Below are positions 14,626 through 27,805 of a DNA stretch of 64,000 nucleotides, in pieces. The stretch is from Octopus vulgaris (Eukaryota). The notes under the pieces are model-generated. The model saw only the letters and a program-made list of their open reading frames with translations. It made no database searches and had not been told where the DNA came from. Both the position numbers and the translations under genes were made by a program. Positions within the stretch are counted from its first letter, which is position 1. The number at the start of each line of letters is the position of its first letter. The stretch covers positions 40,362,001 to 40,426,000 of the forward strand of contig OX597830.1 in assembly GCA_951406725.2 (NCBI GenBank). The letters are read 5' to 3'.

Positions 14626-15031
14626 CGCAGGAGTGGCTGTGTGGTAAGTAGCTTGCTTACCAACCACATGGTTCCAGGTTCAGTCCCGCTGCATGGCACC
14701 TTGGGCAAGTGTCTTCTACTATAGCCTCGGGCCGACCAAAGCCTTGTGAGTGGATTTGGTAGACGGAAACTGAAAGAAGCCCGTCGTATATATGTATATA
14801 TATATATATATGTGTGTGCGTGTGTGTTTGTGTTTGTCCCCCTAGCATTGCTTGACAACCGATGCTGGTGTGTTTATGTCCCCGTCACTTAGCGGTTCGG
14901 CAAAAGAGACCGATAGAATAAGTACTGGGCTTACAAAGAATAAGTCCCGGGGTTGAGTTGCTTGACTAAAGGTGGTGCTCCAGCATGGCTGCAGTCAAAT
15001 GACTGATACAAGTAAAAGAGAGTAAAGAGAG
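14626..15031 (+). mobile_element. Near full-length tRNA-derived SINE (representative of the dominant family)
   Basis: A-box-like tggctgtgtgg, B-box-like gttcagtcc, central (TA/TG)n tract and gtaaaagag tail. Related copies occur at about 11400-11560, 13655-14020, 18495-19030, 20280-20660, 38010-38245, 44110-44500, 52370-52530 and 58345-58500. Confidence 0.85.
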
Positions 15032-16423
15032 TTAAAATAAAAGATCCACATAGCCAACTTCTGAAGGACATGTCTCAAAATATTTACTTTCCAACTGCTA
15101 CCTTCTCAGTAGATAACTCCTTCAATTTGTCTTGAAGTAATTAGATCTTTCCTACTTTTATTTCAATCCCATTCTTGCCTCCTGAGTTGAAGAATCTTAA
15201 TATATTTCATTTTAACATTTCTATTTCTCTTCTCATCTTTCTTCTTCTCTTTTCTTCTCATCCCTAACTGGCAAATCTCCCTCCTCATCTTTCCTCTTTT
15301 ATTTTGTAATCAATGATTAACCGGTCATCTAGTATGTGTGTGTTGGTTCACTGTTGGTTTAGTTTACATTTTAAAAGATATTAAAATGAAAATTGTTTTT
15401 AATGTAGATTTTAAAAGAATGTAAAATGAGTATCGTTTTGGTGTAGATTTAGAAACCAAAATAACCAGAATTCTTGAATGTAAAATATTTCAAAATTAGA
15501 TTTAGGTCCATGGGGTACCCAAGTATCTCTTCTATAGCAAGATATCTATTTCTATCCCTCTATTACACTTTAATCTCTCAACTGGCACAAAACTACCTCC
15601 CTCAATATTACTCCACCTCTCAGTTGTGGGGGTCTTTGTCTTACATGTTACTATGTGACCCCACTGGTGCTGGTGCCACATAAAAAAGTACCCAGTACAC
15701 TCTGTGACGTGGTTGGTACCAAGAAGGACATCCAGCTTTAGAAGCTATGCCAAAGTAGTCACTGGAACCTGGTGCAGTTCTCTGGCTTGCCAGCTTCTGT
15801 CAAACTGTCCAACCCATGCCAGCATGGAAAACAGAAATTAAATGATGATGATGATTTAGTGTGAATTTTGAATTACTTTAAAATAATAGTTGAACGAGTG
15901 CAAATTTAGCTTAGATTCAAATTTGGTGCAGGTTTTAATAATCAAATAAATGAAGTGTAATTAGAAGTAATAATAAAACAGTTTTTGAAAGTAAAATATT
16001 TTGAAATTAATGTTGATTTACGTCATATTTAGTACAATCTTCAAACGACTCTGAAATGGAAGTTGATTTGGTGTACGTTTAGTGCAGATTAAAGATAAAG
16101 AAGAAGAAAGAAATGGTAGATATTGAGTGTTTGAATAGATATAGGAGAGGAAAGTACACAAACATGCGTACACAAACGTGCATACCCACCCCTCTTCACA
16201 CATATTGTAGAATGGTATTATAGTAATTGTGTAAAGCCAGCAAGGATGAAGATAAGAGAAAGAAAAGACAGTAGCAGCTAACGAATGGGTCTTTGAGAAT
16301 GAATTTTCTTTTTGTTTTTGTTATACACAGTAGGTTGCCATGACAACGGCATTTATCATTATTTATCGCTGATTTGACAGGTGAAGGATTTACTTCAAGA
16401 ATAAAGTGTTAAAGTGACCTTAC

Positions 16424-16515
16424 CGGTGCAGTACAAAAAGTGGTTCTTTTGGCTCCTGGGAATTGAAGTGTCTTATTTCCAAGGAAGCAATATCGTGAAG
16501 CAATGATGCAATACA
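16424..16515 (-). CDS. AARSD1: AARSD1 exon, 92 bp
   Basis: tttctag|TGT ATT...CAC CG|gtaagg encodes CIASLLHDIASLEIRHFNSQEPKEPLFVLH(R). Phase 0-2; corresponds to 'NNLNLLRDLA...VILHR'. Confidence 0.9.
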
Positions 16516-17465
16516 CTAGAAAATTGGAGAGAAAATTTAAAACAAAATAACAAAAAAAAAAAAAATGAACATAAATCTAAAAAAAAAAAAAAACACACAA
16601 ATAAATAAGCAGAATCAGAGAATCAGAAATTTTTGTATTTCAAAAATCTGAAATACTTATTTCATATTTGGTGACCTGTAAGAAATTTCTGGAGTGGAAG
16701 GCGGAGCTAAAATTTAAGTTTAATGAGAGAACATGTACAGGAAAACAGTTATTTCATTTCAATCTTTAATGAGGTTAAACTGATTTAGTTTTTAATTGTA
16801 AATTTTAATTTCAAAATCTTAATATGTTAGTACGTTTATATAACTACCACCACCACTACTACTATTATGTGTATGTGTTCAAACATGTATATATATATAT
16901 GTATGTACATACACACACAATATTTATGTACATTTCTCAACTTGCATCTATACATAAAATATTTAGATAAACGATATATAATAACTTGCATAGTACACTA
17001 ACTCACATGTGGGTGTGTATCTAACCATCTGTCATGCTAATTTCACTCTAATACACTTACTTACCTACCACCCACTTTTTCTGTCCCACCATCCTATTTT
17101 TGTTCCCCTCATTCACTTTGTACCTTGACCTCACATTTCTCTCTCTCTCTCCCTCTTTCCAGATGGGGAAGCTGTGTATTCACCTCTTCAGCAAGACACT
17201 CACTCCTCTCCTTCTATCATACTTTCATAGCATTCAATACTATATCACACTCAGTGGAGGCATTTTGTCTTGCAGGCGCTTGGTGAACTCGCCAATATTG
17301 GTGTCACGAACAAAGCACCCAGAACATTCTTTGAAGCAGTTGACATTTCGAAGGGCATCAAGCCATAGAAACCATGCCAAAGCAGACACTGAGGCTCAGT
17401 GTGGCCTTCTCATTTCTCAGTTCATGTCAAACTAGCTAACCCATGCCAGTATGGAAAAAAGGATG

Positions 17466-18460
17466 TGTAGCAGAATTGACTTACACTGTCATTATGTATG
17501 AGATGTTTTCATTATGGGTTATCTAGGCTTAAGTGGAGGCACAATGGCCCAGTGGTTAGGGCAGTGGACTCGTGGTCATAGGATCAAGGTTTTGATTCCC
17601 AGACTGGGCATTGTGAGTGTTTATTGAGCGAAAACACTCAAGGCTCCACAAGGCTCTGGCAGTGGGTGGTGGTGAACCCTGCTGTACTCTTTCACCACAA
17701 CTTTCTCTCACTCTTTCTTCCTCTTTCTGTTGTACCCATATTTCAAAGGGCCAGCCTTGTCACACTCTATATCATGCTGAATCTCCCCAAGAACTACGTT
17801 AAGGGTTCATGTGTCTGTGGAATGCCCAACTACTTGCACGTTAATTTCATGAGCAGGCTGTTCTGTTGATCAGATTAACAGGAACCCTCGTCGTTGTAAC
17901 TGACAAAGTGCCACAACGATCTCGGCTTAAGTAGCTGAATATTGGCTCCAGAACCCTTTTCATTCCAGCAGGTCACATGACCCCATGAGTAAACAAACTT
18001 GTTGCTTGTATTGGTCGGCTTCCAGCTGTCCAATCGTGTTGGCACAACAGTTCATTTTCCATTACACGGGAAATTAATCACCAGCTCCTGAGAGCCTAGT
18101 ATTCTCTATAAAGACAGCAGTTCTCGAGTGCTCTAGGTTTTTGGTACATGTCACTGACCACACACAACTATACCAGACACCTGCCAACATCGTCGCTGTG
18201 TGAAGACCACATGACCAACAGATCAACAGCTGCCTCTACACACCACCAAACAACAGTACGTCAACTTTGTCTACAAGATGAACAATCCAGCCTAACCACA
18301 AAGTCTCTCACACATCTTGGTTGTAAGCTGTTATGTTATTTTATTTCATGTATGGCAATCGTTGGATTTTATAATGGAGAATAAATTGTCACTTACCAGT
18401 TCCTTTCATCTCAAGTCATATATCAGTTTAGCCATTTCTTTATTACCCATCTCCATTACA
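17466..18460 (+). mobile_element. Solo LTR (about 600 bp without the nested SINE)
   Basis: Termini TGTAG...TTACA with a 4-bp target duplication GATG (17462-17465 and 18461-18464). It splits a SINE tail (ccatgccagtatggaaaaaaggatg|ttaaatgatg). Internal CCAAT at 18030, TATAAA at 18107, AATAAA at 18380. Confidence 0.72.
17535..17918 (+). mobile_element. tRNA-derived SINE with 14-bp TSD, nested in the solo LTR
   Basis: Head ggaggcacaatggcccagtggttagggc...gttttgattccc. Flanked by atctaggcttaagt (17521-17534) and atctcggcttaagt (17919-17932). Confidence 0.85.
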
Positions 18461-18812
18461 GATGTTAAATGATGGTGAAGTGATAAAGAGATATATTCTT
18501 TTATTCTTTTACTTGTTTCAGTCATTTGACTGTGGCCATGCTGGAGTACCACCTTAAAGGGTATTAGTTGAAGAAATTTACCCCCAGGACTTGCTTTCTG
18601 TAAACCTAGTACTTATTCTATTGGTCTTTTTGCCAAACTGCTATGTTACAGGGACCTAAGTACACCATCATCGGTTGTCAAGCGATGGTGGTGGTGGTGG
18701 GGGGGGGGGCAAAGACAGATAGATACACACAAATATATACATATATATACATGAGTGTGTGTATCATTGGTGATTTTCTTCCTCTGTCTTCCCTTCCTTT
18801 GGACTTTCTTCT

Positions 18813-18847
18813 ATTTCTGAAGAAGAGCTTTGCACGAAACGTTAAAT
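18813..18847 (+). ncRNA. Minimal type-I hammerhead ribozyme motif (Penelope-like/retrozyme-like fragment)
   Basis: attt-CTGAAGA-a-gagc-ttt-gcac-GAAAC-GTT-aaat. Core intact; stem I attt/aaat; stem II has one mismatch; palindromic AACGTT in place of stem III. Confidence 0.6.
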
Positions 18848-19214
18848 CCTGTTTCCTTCCTTTCCTGAGCATCTGATAATACAGTACTTGAACCACGTCC
18901 TCGCGTTATTGTTTTTTCTTGTTTGTTCTTCTATAGCTGAAGACACTTGCCCAAGGTGCCATGCAGTGGGACTGAGCTCAAGACCATGTGGTTGGGAAGC
19001 AAGCTTCTTACCACACAGCCATGCCTGCACCTATATATATAAGACCCCTTCAGTCATGAATAACTATGTGAGTGCATCTAGAAATAGGAGTTAAATGCCT
19101 TTTCTACTACCATAAAGATCTCCCAGACAGTGACACACTTTTTTAGGTAGGCAGAAAGAAAAAATAACGAATCCACATGACTCAGATCAGCTACATATGC
19201 ATTTCAAGATTAAA

Positions 19215-19255
<41 letters not shown>

Positions 19256-19759
19256 GGCTTCTATCAGTTTCCATCTACCAAATCCACTCAAATGGCTTTG
19301 GTTGGCCCGAGGCTATAGTAGCAGACATGCAGTGGTACTGGACCTAGAACCATGTGGTTGGGAAGCAAGCTGTGCATGTACTTTTGCCTTCCATTAATAT
19401 CCTTCTTTACTTGACAAATTGTTGCTTTTTATTCCCTTTTTTACTCCTTTCTGATGAGTTATTGAGCACCTGAGAACTCTGTGTAATAGGTTCATTATTA
19501 TTATATAGTTTGGAAAGGTGGCCAACTAGTAGAATGTTTCGCATGACGGGCAAAATGCTTGCCAACATTGCATCTGTTTTTACATTCTGAGTTCAAATTC
19601 TGTAGAGTTCGACTTTGTCTTTTATTCATTCAGGGTCGATAAATTAAGCACCAGTGAAACACTGTGGGTCAATGTAATCAACTAGTCCCCTCCCCACAAA
19701 TTCCAGGCCTTTAGTAGAAAGGATTATTGTGTAGTTCAAGAATTGGAAGTGTCTGTTAC

Positions 19760-19826
19760 CTTCTGGGAGGACTTTGATGTCTTGATCAACTTCTCTGCAA
19801 GTTCTGCATGTTGCTCCAATGGGCTA
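19760..19826 (-). CDS. AARSD1: AARSD1 exon, 67 bp
   Basis: ttttcag|T AGC CCA...CAG AAG|gtaaca encodes (N)SPLEQHAELAEKLIKTSKSSQK. Phase 2-0 fits both neighbours; it corresponds to vertebrate 'CGAEDHVEAVKKLQNSTKILQK'. Confidence 0.88.
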
Positions 19827-20828
19827 CTGAAAATAGAGACAAAACAGCTTCATTAACCCATTCCTGTCGATCATCCATTTAAACTGATCCTTAATTTATA
19901 AGGGTATAAAACAAACACTTGATACAAATTATGATTTGTGTATGATCTATATGAAAGAATGAAACATGTTCTCAACACATATGCAGTCTGTTTGAACAAA
20001 CGCTTAATCCATAACTTGTAACAACCACAGTTGTGTAACATGGTGAGTACAAGCGGGACACGCAATTTCATTCACGAGAAAAATTTCAGCACATTTATTG
20101 GTTTAATTTCCCATATACAATTGTCTTCTTTAGTGCTCAACTTAATACTAAAGGCCTTCACCAGAACTTTTCAAAGGAAGTGATGGGGAAAGATAGTAGT
20201 GTACTGGTTTACATCAAATCCTAATGTAACATTTTTTTTGTATTCAGGAATGAAATCCTTACATTTTATATCTTTTAACTTTTACTTGTTTCAGTTATTT
20301 GACTGTGGTCATGCTGGGGCACTGCCTGGAAGGGTTTTAGTCAAATAAATTTTCTTTTAGCCAAATTAATTTTTTTAAGCCTGATACTTATTCTATCAGT
20401 CAGTTTTGCAAAACTGCTAAGTTACGGGGACATAAACACACCAGTTGTCAAGTGGTGGTGGTGGTGGGACAAACACAGATACTAACACACACACAGATAT
20501 ACAATGGGCTTCTTTCAGTTTCCATCTACCAAATCCACTCATGAGGCTTTGGTTGGCCCAACACTATAGTAGAAGACACTAGTCCAAGGTGCTATGCAGT
20601 GGAACTGAACCTGGATCCATACAGTTGGTAAGGAAGCGCTTTACTACACAGTCATACCTGGACTTCATTCCTAAACCATAAATATGTATAGAAAAACTGT
20701 ATAAGGTGGTCACATTCATATGTGATATAAATCAAATAAAAGATTTAAAATGTAAGGATTTCATTCCTGAATTCAAAAAATGTCACAATTAGGATTTTAT
20801 GTAAATCAGTGCAGTCATTTAGTTTTAG

Positions 20829-21150
20829 GAAAACAGCACAGCTCCCATGACTTTCAGAAACATTTTTTCACATTCAGAGTTGCTGAAGCATGGAACAAAC
20901 TACCTGCATCAGTTGTTAGTTGCCAAAACATAGCATCCTTTAAAACCTCCATGCTTCCTGAAATTTGCCAACACTACACCTGATATCCCACCCCCTTCAT
21001 ATGCATGTGCACATGTATATCATGACTCTACACTGTTCACTTTCCTGACTTTTGTACATAATTCTATGCACTGTACATACACTTTTGATGTGTTGTAGTG
21101 CACCTGAGCACTATATACAATAATTTCATCATTATCATTATTATTATTAT
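20829..21150 (+). mobile_element. CR1-like LINE 3' end (second copy)
   Basis: 'KQHSSHDFQKHFFTFRVAEAWNKLPASVVSCQNIASFKTSMLPEICQHYT', closely similar to 4820-5285, with an (ATT)n tail. Confidence 0.82.
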
Positions 21151-23615
21151 ACTGTTCATAGCCAGGTAATATGATGGCAGTCTCTTGCAGTCTGAGAATG
21201 ACAGTTCAGCAATTTCTTGCTGAACAACCTGCAAAATCTGATCAAATGTTTGTGCTGCACATTAGACCATTCCTTCCATCAAATCAATGTTGCTTGAACA
21301 GGTGTATGGTGTACCAAATGTTGGGTGCCAAAGAGATTGCAGAGCAACATGAAATGAAGTGTTTTGCTCAGGAACAAAATACACCACCCAGTCTAATAAT
21401 TGAAACCACAATCTTGCAATTATGAATACTATACTATAACCACTAGGCCATGTGCCTTCATAGAGATAATATAAAGGGCAAGGACCCCCTTCGGTCATGA
21501 ATGACCCCTGGATTGCACCTAGGAAGTTATCCTCCAAGGCACAAGTCCAAGCAAGATTGTTTATGGAAGACCAGCAGTTGCCCAAATATACCAGCTGCCC
21601 CTTTCCATACATCATCATCATCATCATCACCACCACCACCACCACCACCACCACCACCACCACCACCACCACCACAACCACCATCATCATCATCATTTAA
21701 CATCCACTTTCCATGCTGGCATGGGTTTGACGGTTTGACTGAGCCAGAAGGCTGCACCAGGCTCCAATCTGATCTGGCAAGCTTTCTACAGCTGGATGCC
21801 CTTCCTAGCGCCAACCACTCCAAGAGTGTAGTGGGTTCTTATTACATGCCACCGGCACTAGGGCCAATCAGGCGACACTGGCATCAAACATGCTTGAATA
21901 GTGCTTTTTATGTGCCACCAGCACAGGAGCCAGTCTGGCAGCACAGGCAATGACCATGCTCGAATATTGCTTTTTCCATGCCACTGGTGTGGGAGCCAGT
22001 CAGGCAGCACTAGCAATGACCACACTCGAATGGTGCTAACCAATGTTATCCAAGGGAAAGGCAAAGCCCGATACAGCTTGGCACCAGTGACGCTGCAACT
22101 CATTTCTAACTGGAGCAATGTGAAATAAAGTGTCTTGCTCAAGAACACAACACACAGCCCAGTTTGAGAATTGAACTCACTACCTCATAATTGTGAGCTC
22201 AACACTCTAACCACTGAGCCATGTACTTTCAAAAATTATACATACTACATACATACATACATACAATACATATTGATAGAGAATGTGCAAGCAATGCACA
22301 TTGACGGAGCATACACAGTGAGAATACAGACAATATACAATGTCAGAACCAAGGCAATACATAATTTCTGATCACATATAGGTTAAGACATAGGTTAATA
22401 CATAGGATGTATGTAGACGCAGACATACTTATAAACAAGGAAATTAACCCTGAGATTTAAAAGAAAAAAAGGGAAAAGAAATAACGAGATGAAACTGAAA
22501 CCAAAATCTGATTCCCAGAGGTGAGAAGTTAGAATGGCATCTCTTCTAATTGAGTGTCAAAAGGACTTAAAATATAGCCAAAGTAATTTACGTTGATGGC
22601 CAGTCTACAGCTGCTTATTGCAAGTTGCAGCCATCACAAACATCACAACCACCACCATCATCATCACCATCGTCATCATCATCATCACCACCACCACCAC
22701 CATCATCATCACAATCATCATCATCACCATTGCCATCACCATCATCACCACCACCATAACTACCATAGCCACTACAACCACAACCACCGCCACGTCAAAC
22801 AAAACTGCCACCACCACCACAACCAAAACTACCACCACCGCAACCACCAACAAAGCCAACATCATCATCATCATCATCATCATCATAGTTGTCAAGTTGA
22901 ATGTCTGTCCCTGAATGTTTGGTAAATATTTAAGACAACAAACAACGGCGGCAGCAACGGCGGCAGCAGCAGTGGCAGCAGCATCAGTATTTCCAGCAGA
23001 GACATTCTCTTGAAGTGAATACAAGCAGATGCTTTTGTTTGAAGACAACAGTTGCTGTGAACAGTTGGGGGGGGGGAGTGAGGTGGAGTGTGGCAGGGTC
23101 AGGGGGAGGCGACTGGGTGGAGTGAGGGAAGGGAGGTGGGGAGACGGTGTGGAGTGAAGTGGGGGGGGCACGAGTGTTTTCTTTCTTTCTTTCTTTTTCT
23201 TCATCTTTCTTAGATGTATTTGGTGTATACACTAGAATCTTTTAAGGAAGGGTGAGTAGAGAGACATAGGAGTAGGGTGGGGTCAGGGTAGAGTGAGATG
23301 TTGTGGGTTGGATGTTCTTTAGATATATATATATATATATGTACGTATACACACGTATATATATGTATGTATATGTACGTATATATATATATGTACGTAT
23401 ACATGTATATATATATATATATATATACACACACAAACACACATGTATATATATGTATGTGTATGTCTATATGTATGTATGTATACACACACATACGTAA
23501 GTGTGTATATACGTTTGTGTACATTTACACTCAGACATATGTATATATACACATGCGTGTGTATGTGTGCGTGTATATATACACACACATATATATATAT
23601 GTATGTATGTATGTA

Positions 23616-23656
<41 letters not shown>

Positions 23657-23784
23657 CTATGTATGTATATGTATGTATGTATCTATGTATGTGATGTACT
23701 TTACTACAGATTCTTCAAACAAAACATTAGAATTAAGCAGTGCCAAAATACAAAGACAAACATATTCAAAGACATACATATACA

Positions 23785-23825
<41 letters not shown>

Positions 23826-24476
23826 AGAGGCATGCATGCACACACACACACATAATGACAAGCCTGAATAAAAGATATGTCTGATGCAATTAGTAAGTTA
23901 ATCAGAACGTTAACTCTACCGAGTTTGGAGTTTGTCGAGTACTACTAACCCCAGAACAGGCAAACAGATGATAGAAGATGAGAGCGGGGAGGAGGAAGGA
24001 GAAGAGGAAGAACAAGAACAACAAAATGAATATGATGGAAGAAGAGGAAAGGGAAGAAATGTCTTTATTGATGAGAAAATCTCAAGAGGGAGACCAAAGT
24101 GGTTCTGTTCTTACAGACTCCATCAAGCTTCCAAATTTTCTTAAAGGCAAACACATACTCATAGGCGTGTGTGTGTGTGTGTGCACTCGTGCATGTATGT
24201 GTGTATGTATATATATAGATAGATATTGATAAATACACATGTATATAAAGAAAAGGGGAAGGAGAAGTAGGGAGATATGTGTATGTCCGCAAGCAGCAGT
24301 GTCTGTGTATGTATGTATTACACACACACACGTATACAGGGTAAGAGGGAAATAGGGAGATGTGTATGTGTACATGCATATATGTATGTGTGTGTGTGTG
24401 TATATATATAAGGTATATTTATATATATATATATATAATGTATATTTATATATATATATATGTGTATACAATGATG

Positions 24477-24510
<34 letters not shown>

Positions 24511-25116
24511 ATATATTTATGATGATATAATATATATGCATGTATGTGTGTGCATGTGTGTGTACTTATATGTTTGTGTGTATGACTGTATAAACAGAGA
24601 ATAACTCTTCTTTTTGAACTCTGACGTGTTAAAAAACACAGCAAAAAAACTAATTAAAACATTTTCCATTAAGTTTTCAAGATTACAGATCATCATCTTT
24701 CCCTATTATGCCATGGAAACTGTACAACAATTCTCCAAGCTCAGCTTCGTTTAAAGTGTTGTTCCTACCCAGTGCCACCTGAAATCAACTTCTGCATGAC
24801 CAACAGGTGTAAAAGTGAAGTCATGTGACCTAGTTAAGATTGTCTCGACAGGTTTTCTATGGAACACAGTATTGTCTTACAAAAACGTTTAATAAAACTT
24901 TGTAGTATGTTACGGTTGCACAACAAAATATGGTCTCTGTACATGTCATTAATGTGACCTGGTGGCTAGAGTGTTGCCCTCACAATTACAAGATTGTGGT
25001 TTCAATTCCTTGACCGGGTAGTGTGTTATGTTCTTGTGCAAAACACTTCATTTCATGTTGCTCTGATCCATCTCAGTGGTGGTAAGAAACTCTCAAGAGA
25101 GCTAACAACAGATGCT

Positions 25117-25568
25117 AACCCTTTCGATACCAGCCCAGCTTAAACCACCTCTGGCTCTGTTGTACGAATGTCTTGTTTTCATAAGTTTTGAATTAAAATC
25201 TTCTACCAAACCTTAGTCACAATTTATATTCTTAACACTAGCTTAATGATAACTAAGTTATTTTACTAAATTTTTTGTTATATTTAACCCTTTTAATACC
25301 AACCCAACTGAAACTGGCTCTGGCTCTGAGTACAAATGTCTTGGACTGTCAGTTAACCCTTTCATTACCACCTCTGGTTCTGTAGTACAAATGTCTTGTT
25401 TTCAAAAGTTTTGAATTGAAATCTTCCACTAAACCTTAGTCACAATTTATGTTCCTAACACCAGCTTAATGATAACTAAGTTATTTTACTAAATTCTTTG
25501 TTATATTTAAAATTAATTGGAAGAAACACAGAGCATTTCAAACTAAATATGGTAACGAAAGGGATAAA
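25117..25568. mobile_element. Cluster of three tandem/nested piggyBac-like MITE copies
   Basis: Three starts (t)taaccctt(t)c.atacc at about 25117, 25285 and 25353 with shared internal sequence, ending ggtaacgaaagggataa. Same family as 26443-26658, in the opposite orientation. Confidence 0.7.
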
Positions 25569-26442
25569 GGTTTGTAGTTATGTGGTACTTCGTTATACAC
25601 ACACAATATACTATGAAGTATACTAAATGTTTTTTTTTATACCATGTCCCACTGCATCAGCAGTGCTTCTTACACTATATTTAAGGCTGTTTCTACAGAC
25701 AATCTAAAAAACTGGAGCCAACAATAATTTATGCTACAATGTTTCGTATTGAGACATCAGATGTAAACAACCTTAAAAATAAAGTAACAAGCACTGCTTT
25801 CGCAGTAGAACATGGTACTGACTTACGAAAATGGGGTGGGGTGGAACGCTTGGAAATGTCATCCCACTCCCACCCTCATTGGAAAGTACACCTGCACAAT
25901 TTTCACTAAGAAAAATAAAAAAAACACACTCAGATTTTTTGCATGAAATCAAGTACCCTGACCTCCTAATGTGCCACAAAACCCTTATTTTTGTTTGGAA
26001 AAAGGAGAGGGATGGAACCAGAGAGAATCATTGGAATTTTTTTTTTTATTGAATGAATTACGATGACCACCTAATATGCCACAAAACACTTTTTTTGGTC
26101 CAGAAAATGGGGTGGTGTGGGGTGGAACCCTCGGAAATTTAACCCACCCCAGCCTCAACATTTTACAGAAATACGTTTTTGAGAGTGAGGAGGATCACAT
26201 GGTTTGTTATTAAATAAATATTTATTAGTTAGTATTATGTGAATTAATATGTTAATGTTTATATTGTATTTTATGCTGAAAATATTTTTTCTGAAGTGTA
26301 CGAAATATGTGTGGCTGTATGCATATATCATCATCATGGCACTCTGTCAGTTATGACAACGAGGGTTCCAATCAATGGAACAGCCTGCTTGTGAAATTAA
26401 CGTGCAAATAGCTGAGCACTCCACACACACATGTACCCTTAA

Positions 26443-26658
26443 CCCTTTTGTTATCGTATTCATTTTGAGATGCTCTGTGTTTCTTTCAATTAATTGTAAA
26501 TATAACAAAGAATTTAGTAAAATAACTTACTTATCATTCAGCTATTGTTAGGATCATAAATTGTGACTATGGTTTGGTGGTATATTTTAATGAAAAACTT
26601 ATGAAAACAAGACATTTATACTACAGAGCCAGTTTTAGCCGGGTTAGTATCAAAAGGG
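26443..26658. mobile_element. piggyBac-like MITE (216 bp) with TTAA TSD, inserted in a SINE
   Basis: TTAA|CCCTTTTG...CAAAAGGG|TTAA. Removing it restores the SINE sequence gtaccc-ttaa-cgtagttcttgggg. Confidence 0.85.
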
Positions 26659-27399
26659 TTAACGTAGTTCTTGGGGAGATTCAGCATGACACAGAGTGTG
26701 ACAAGGCTGGCCCCTTTGAAATACAGGTACAACAGAAACAGGAAGAAAGAGTTAGAGAAAGTTGCAGTGAAAGAATACAGCAGGGTTCGCCACCACACCC
26801 TGCCGGAGCTTTGGGGAGCTTTAGGTATTTTCATCCAATAAACACAATGCCTGATCTAGGAATCAAGACTGCAATCCTATGACTGCGAGTCCACTGCCCT
26901 AACCACTGAACGATTCCACCTTCACATACATATATATATATATATATCATCATCATTTAACGTCCACTTTCCATGCTAGCATGGGTTGGACGATTTGACT
27001 GAGGTCTGGTGAACCAGATGGCTGCATCAAGCTTCAATATAATCTGGAAATGTTTCTACTGGATGCCCTTCCTAACGCTAACTACTCCAAGAGTGTAGTG
27101 GGTGCTTTTACGTGCCACTAGCACGAGGACCAGTCAGGCGGTACTGGCAATGGCCACACTCAAGTGGTGTTTTTATGTGCCGCCTGCACAGGAGCCAGTC
27201 CAGCGGCACTGGTAATGACCTCACTCGAATGCTTTTCATGTGCCAGTAAGACGATGCTGGTAACGATCACTTTTGAATGGTGCTTTTTACGATATATATA
27301 TACTGATAATAATAATAAAAGGGGAAAATTGATTAATTAATAATTAATAATTTTACCAAGTAGTTTAGTACGTTAAAATAACCCTTTAGGATAACATTG

Positions 27400-27550
27400 T
27401 ACAAATATTCTATAATTATAAGCATAATTATAACCACTACTATATGGTGGTGGAAAAAGTATTTTAACTGCTGTTTCTAAATTCGGTGTGTGGTGAAGCA
27501 ATTAGCTGATCCCTGATTATAATTATGCTTATAATTATAGAATATTTGTA
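27400..27550. repeat. Perfect 34-bp inverted repeat with 83-bp spacer
   Basis: tacaaatattctataattataagcataattataa (27400-27433) is the exact reverse complement of 27517-27550. Confidence 0.9.
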
Positions 27551-27774
27551 TATATATAAGAGTGTGTATGTATTTGTAGACAAGAAGGTATTTATTTCCT
27601 TACCTTGCTGTCAAATCATTGGATTAATCCCAACAAAATACAAAATACAAACTTTTTTCTCGACCAAACATTTCAGGCTCTGGACCAGTGTCTTAGAAAA
27701 AAACCCAAAAATCTATCACTTTGGATATTTCCCCCCTGAACTTGGTTTGGGTTTCATTTTTTGTGTGAGGTGGG

Positions 27775-27805
<31 letters not shown>

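Noticed and set aside
19450-19480. CTGATGA as a hammerhead core (also CTGACGA in the Gypsy LTRs)
   Set aside because: There is no stem II followed by GAAA and no stem I complement.
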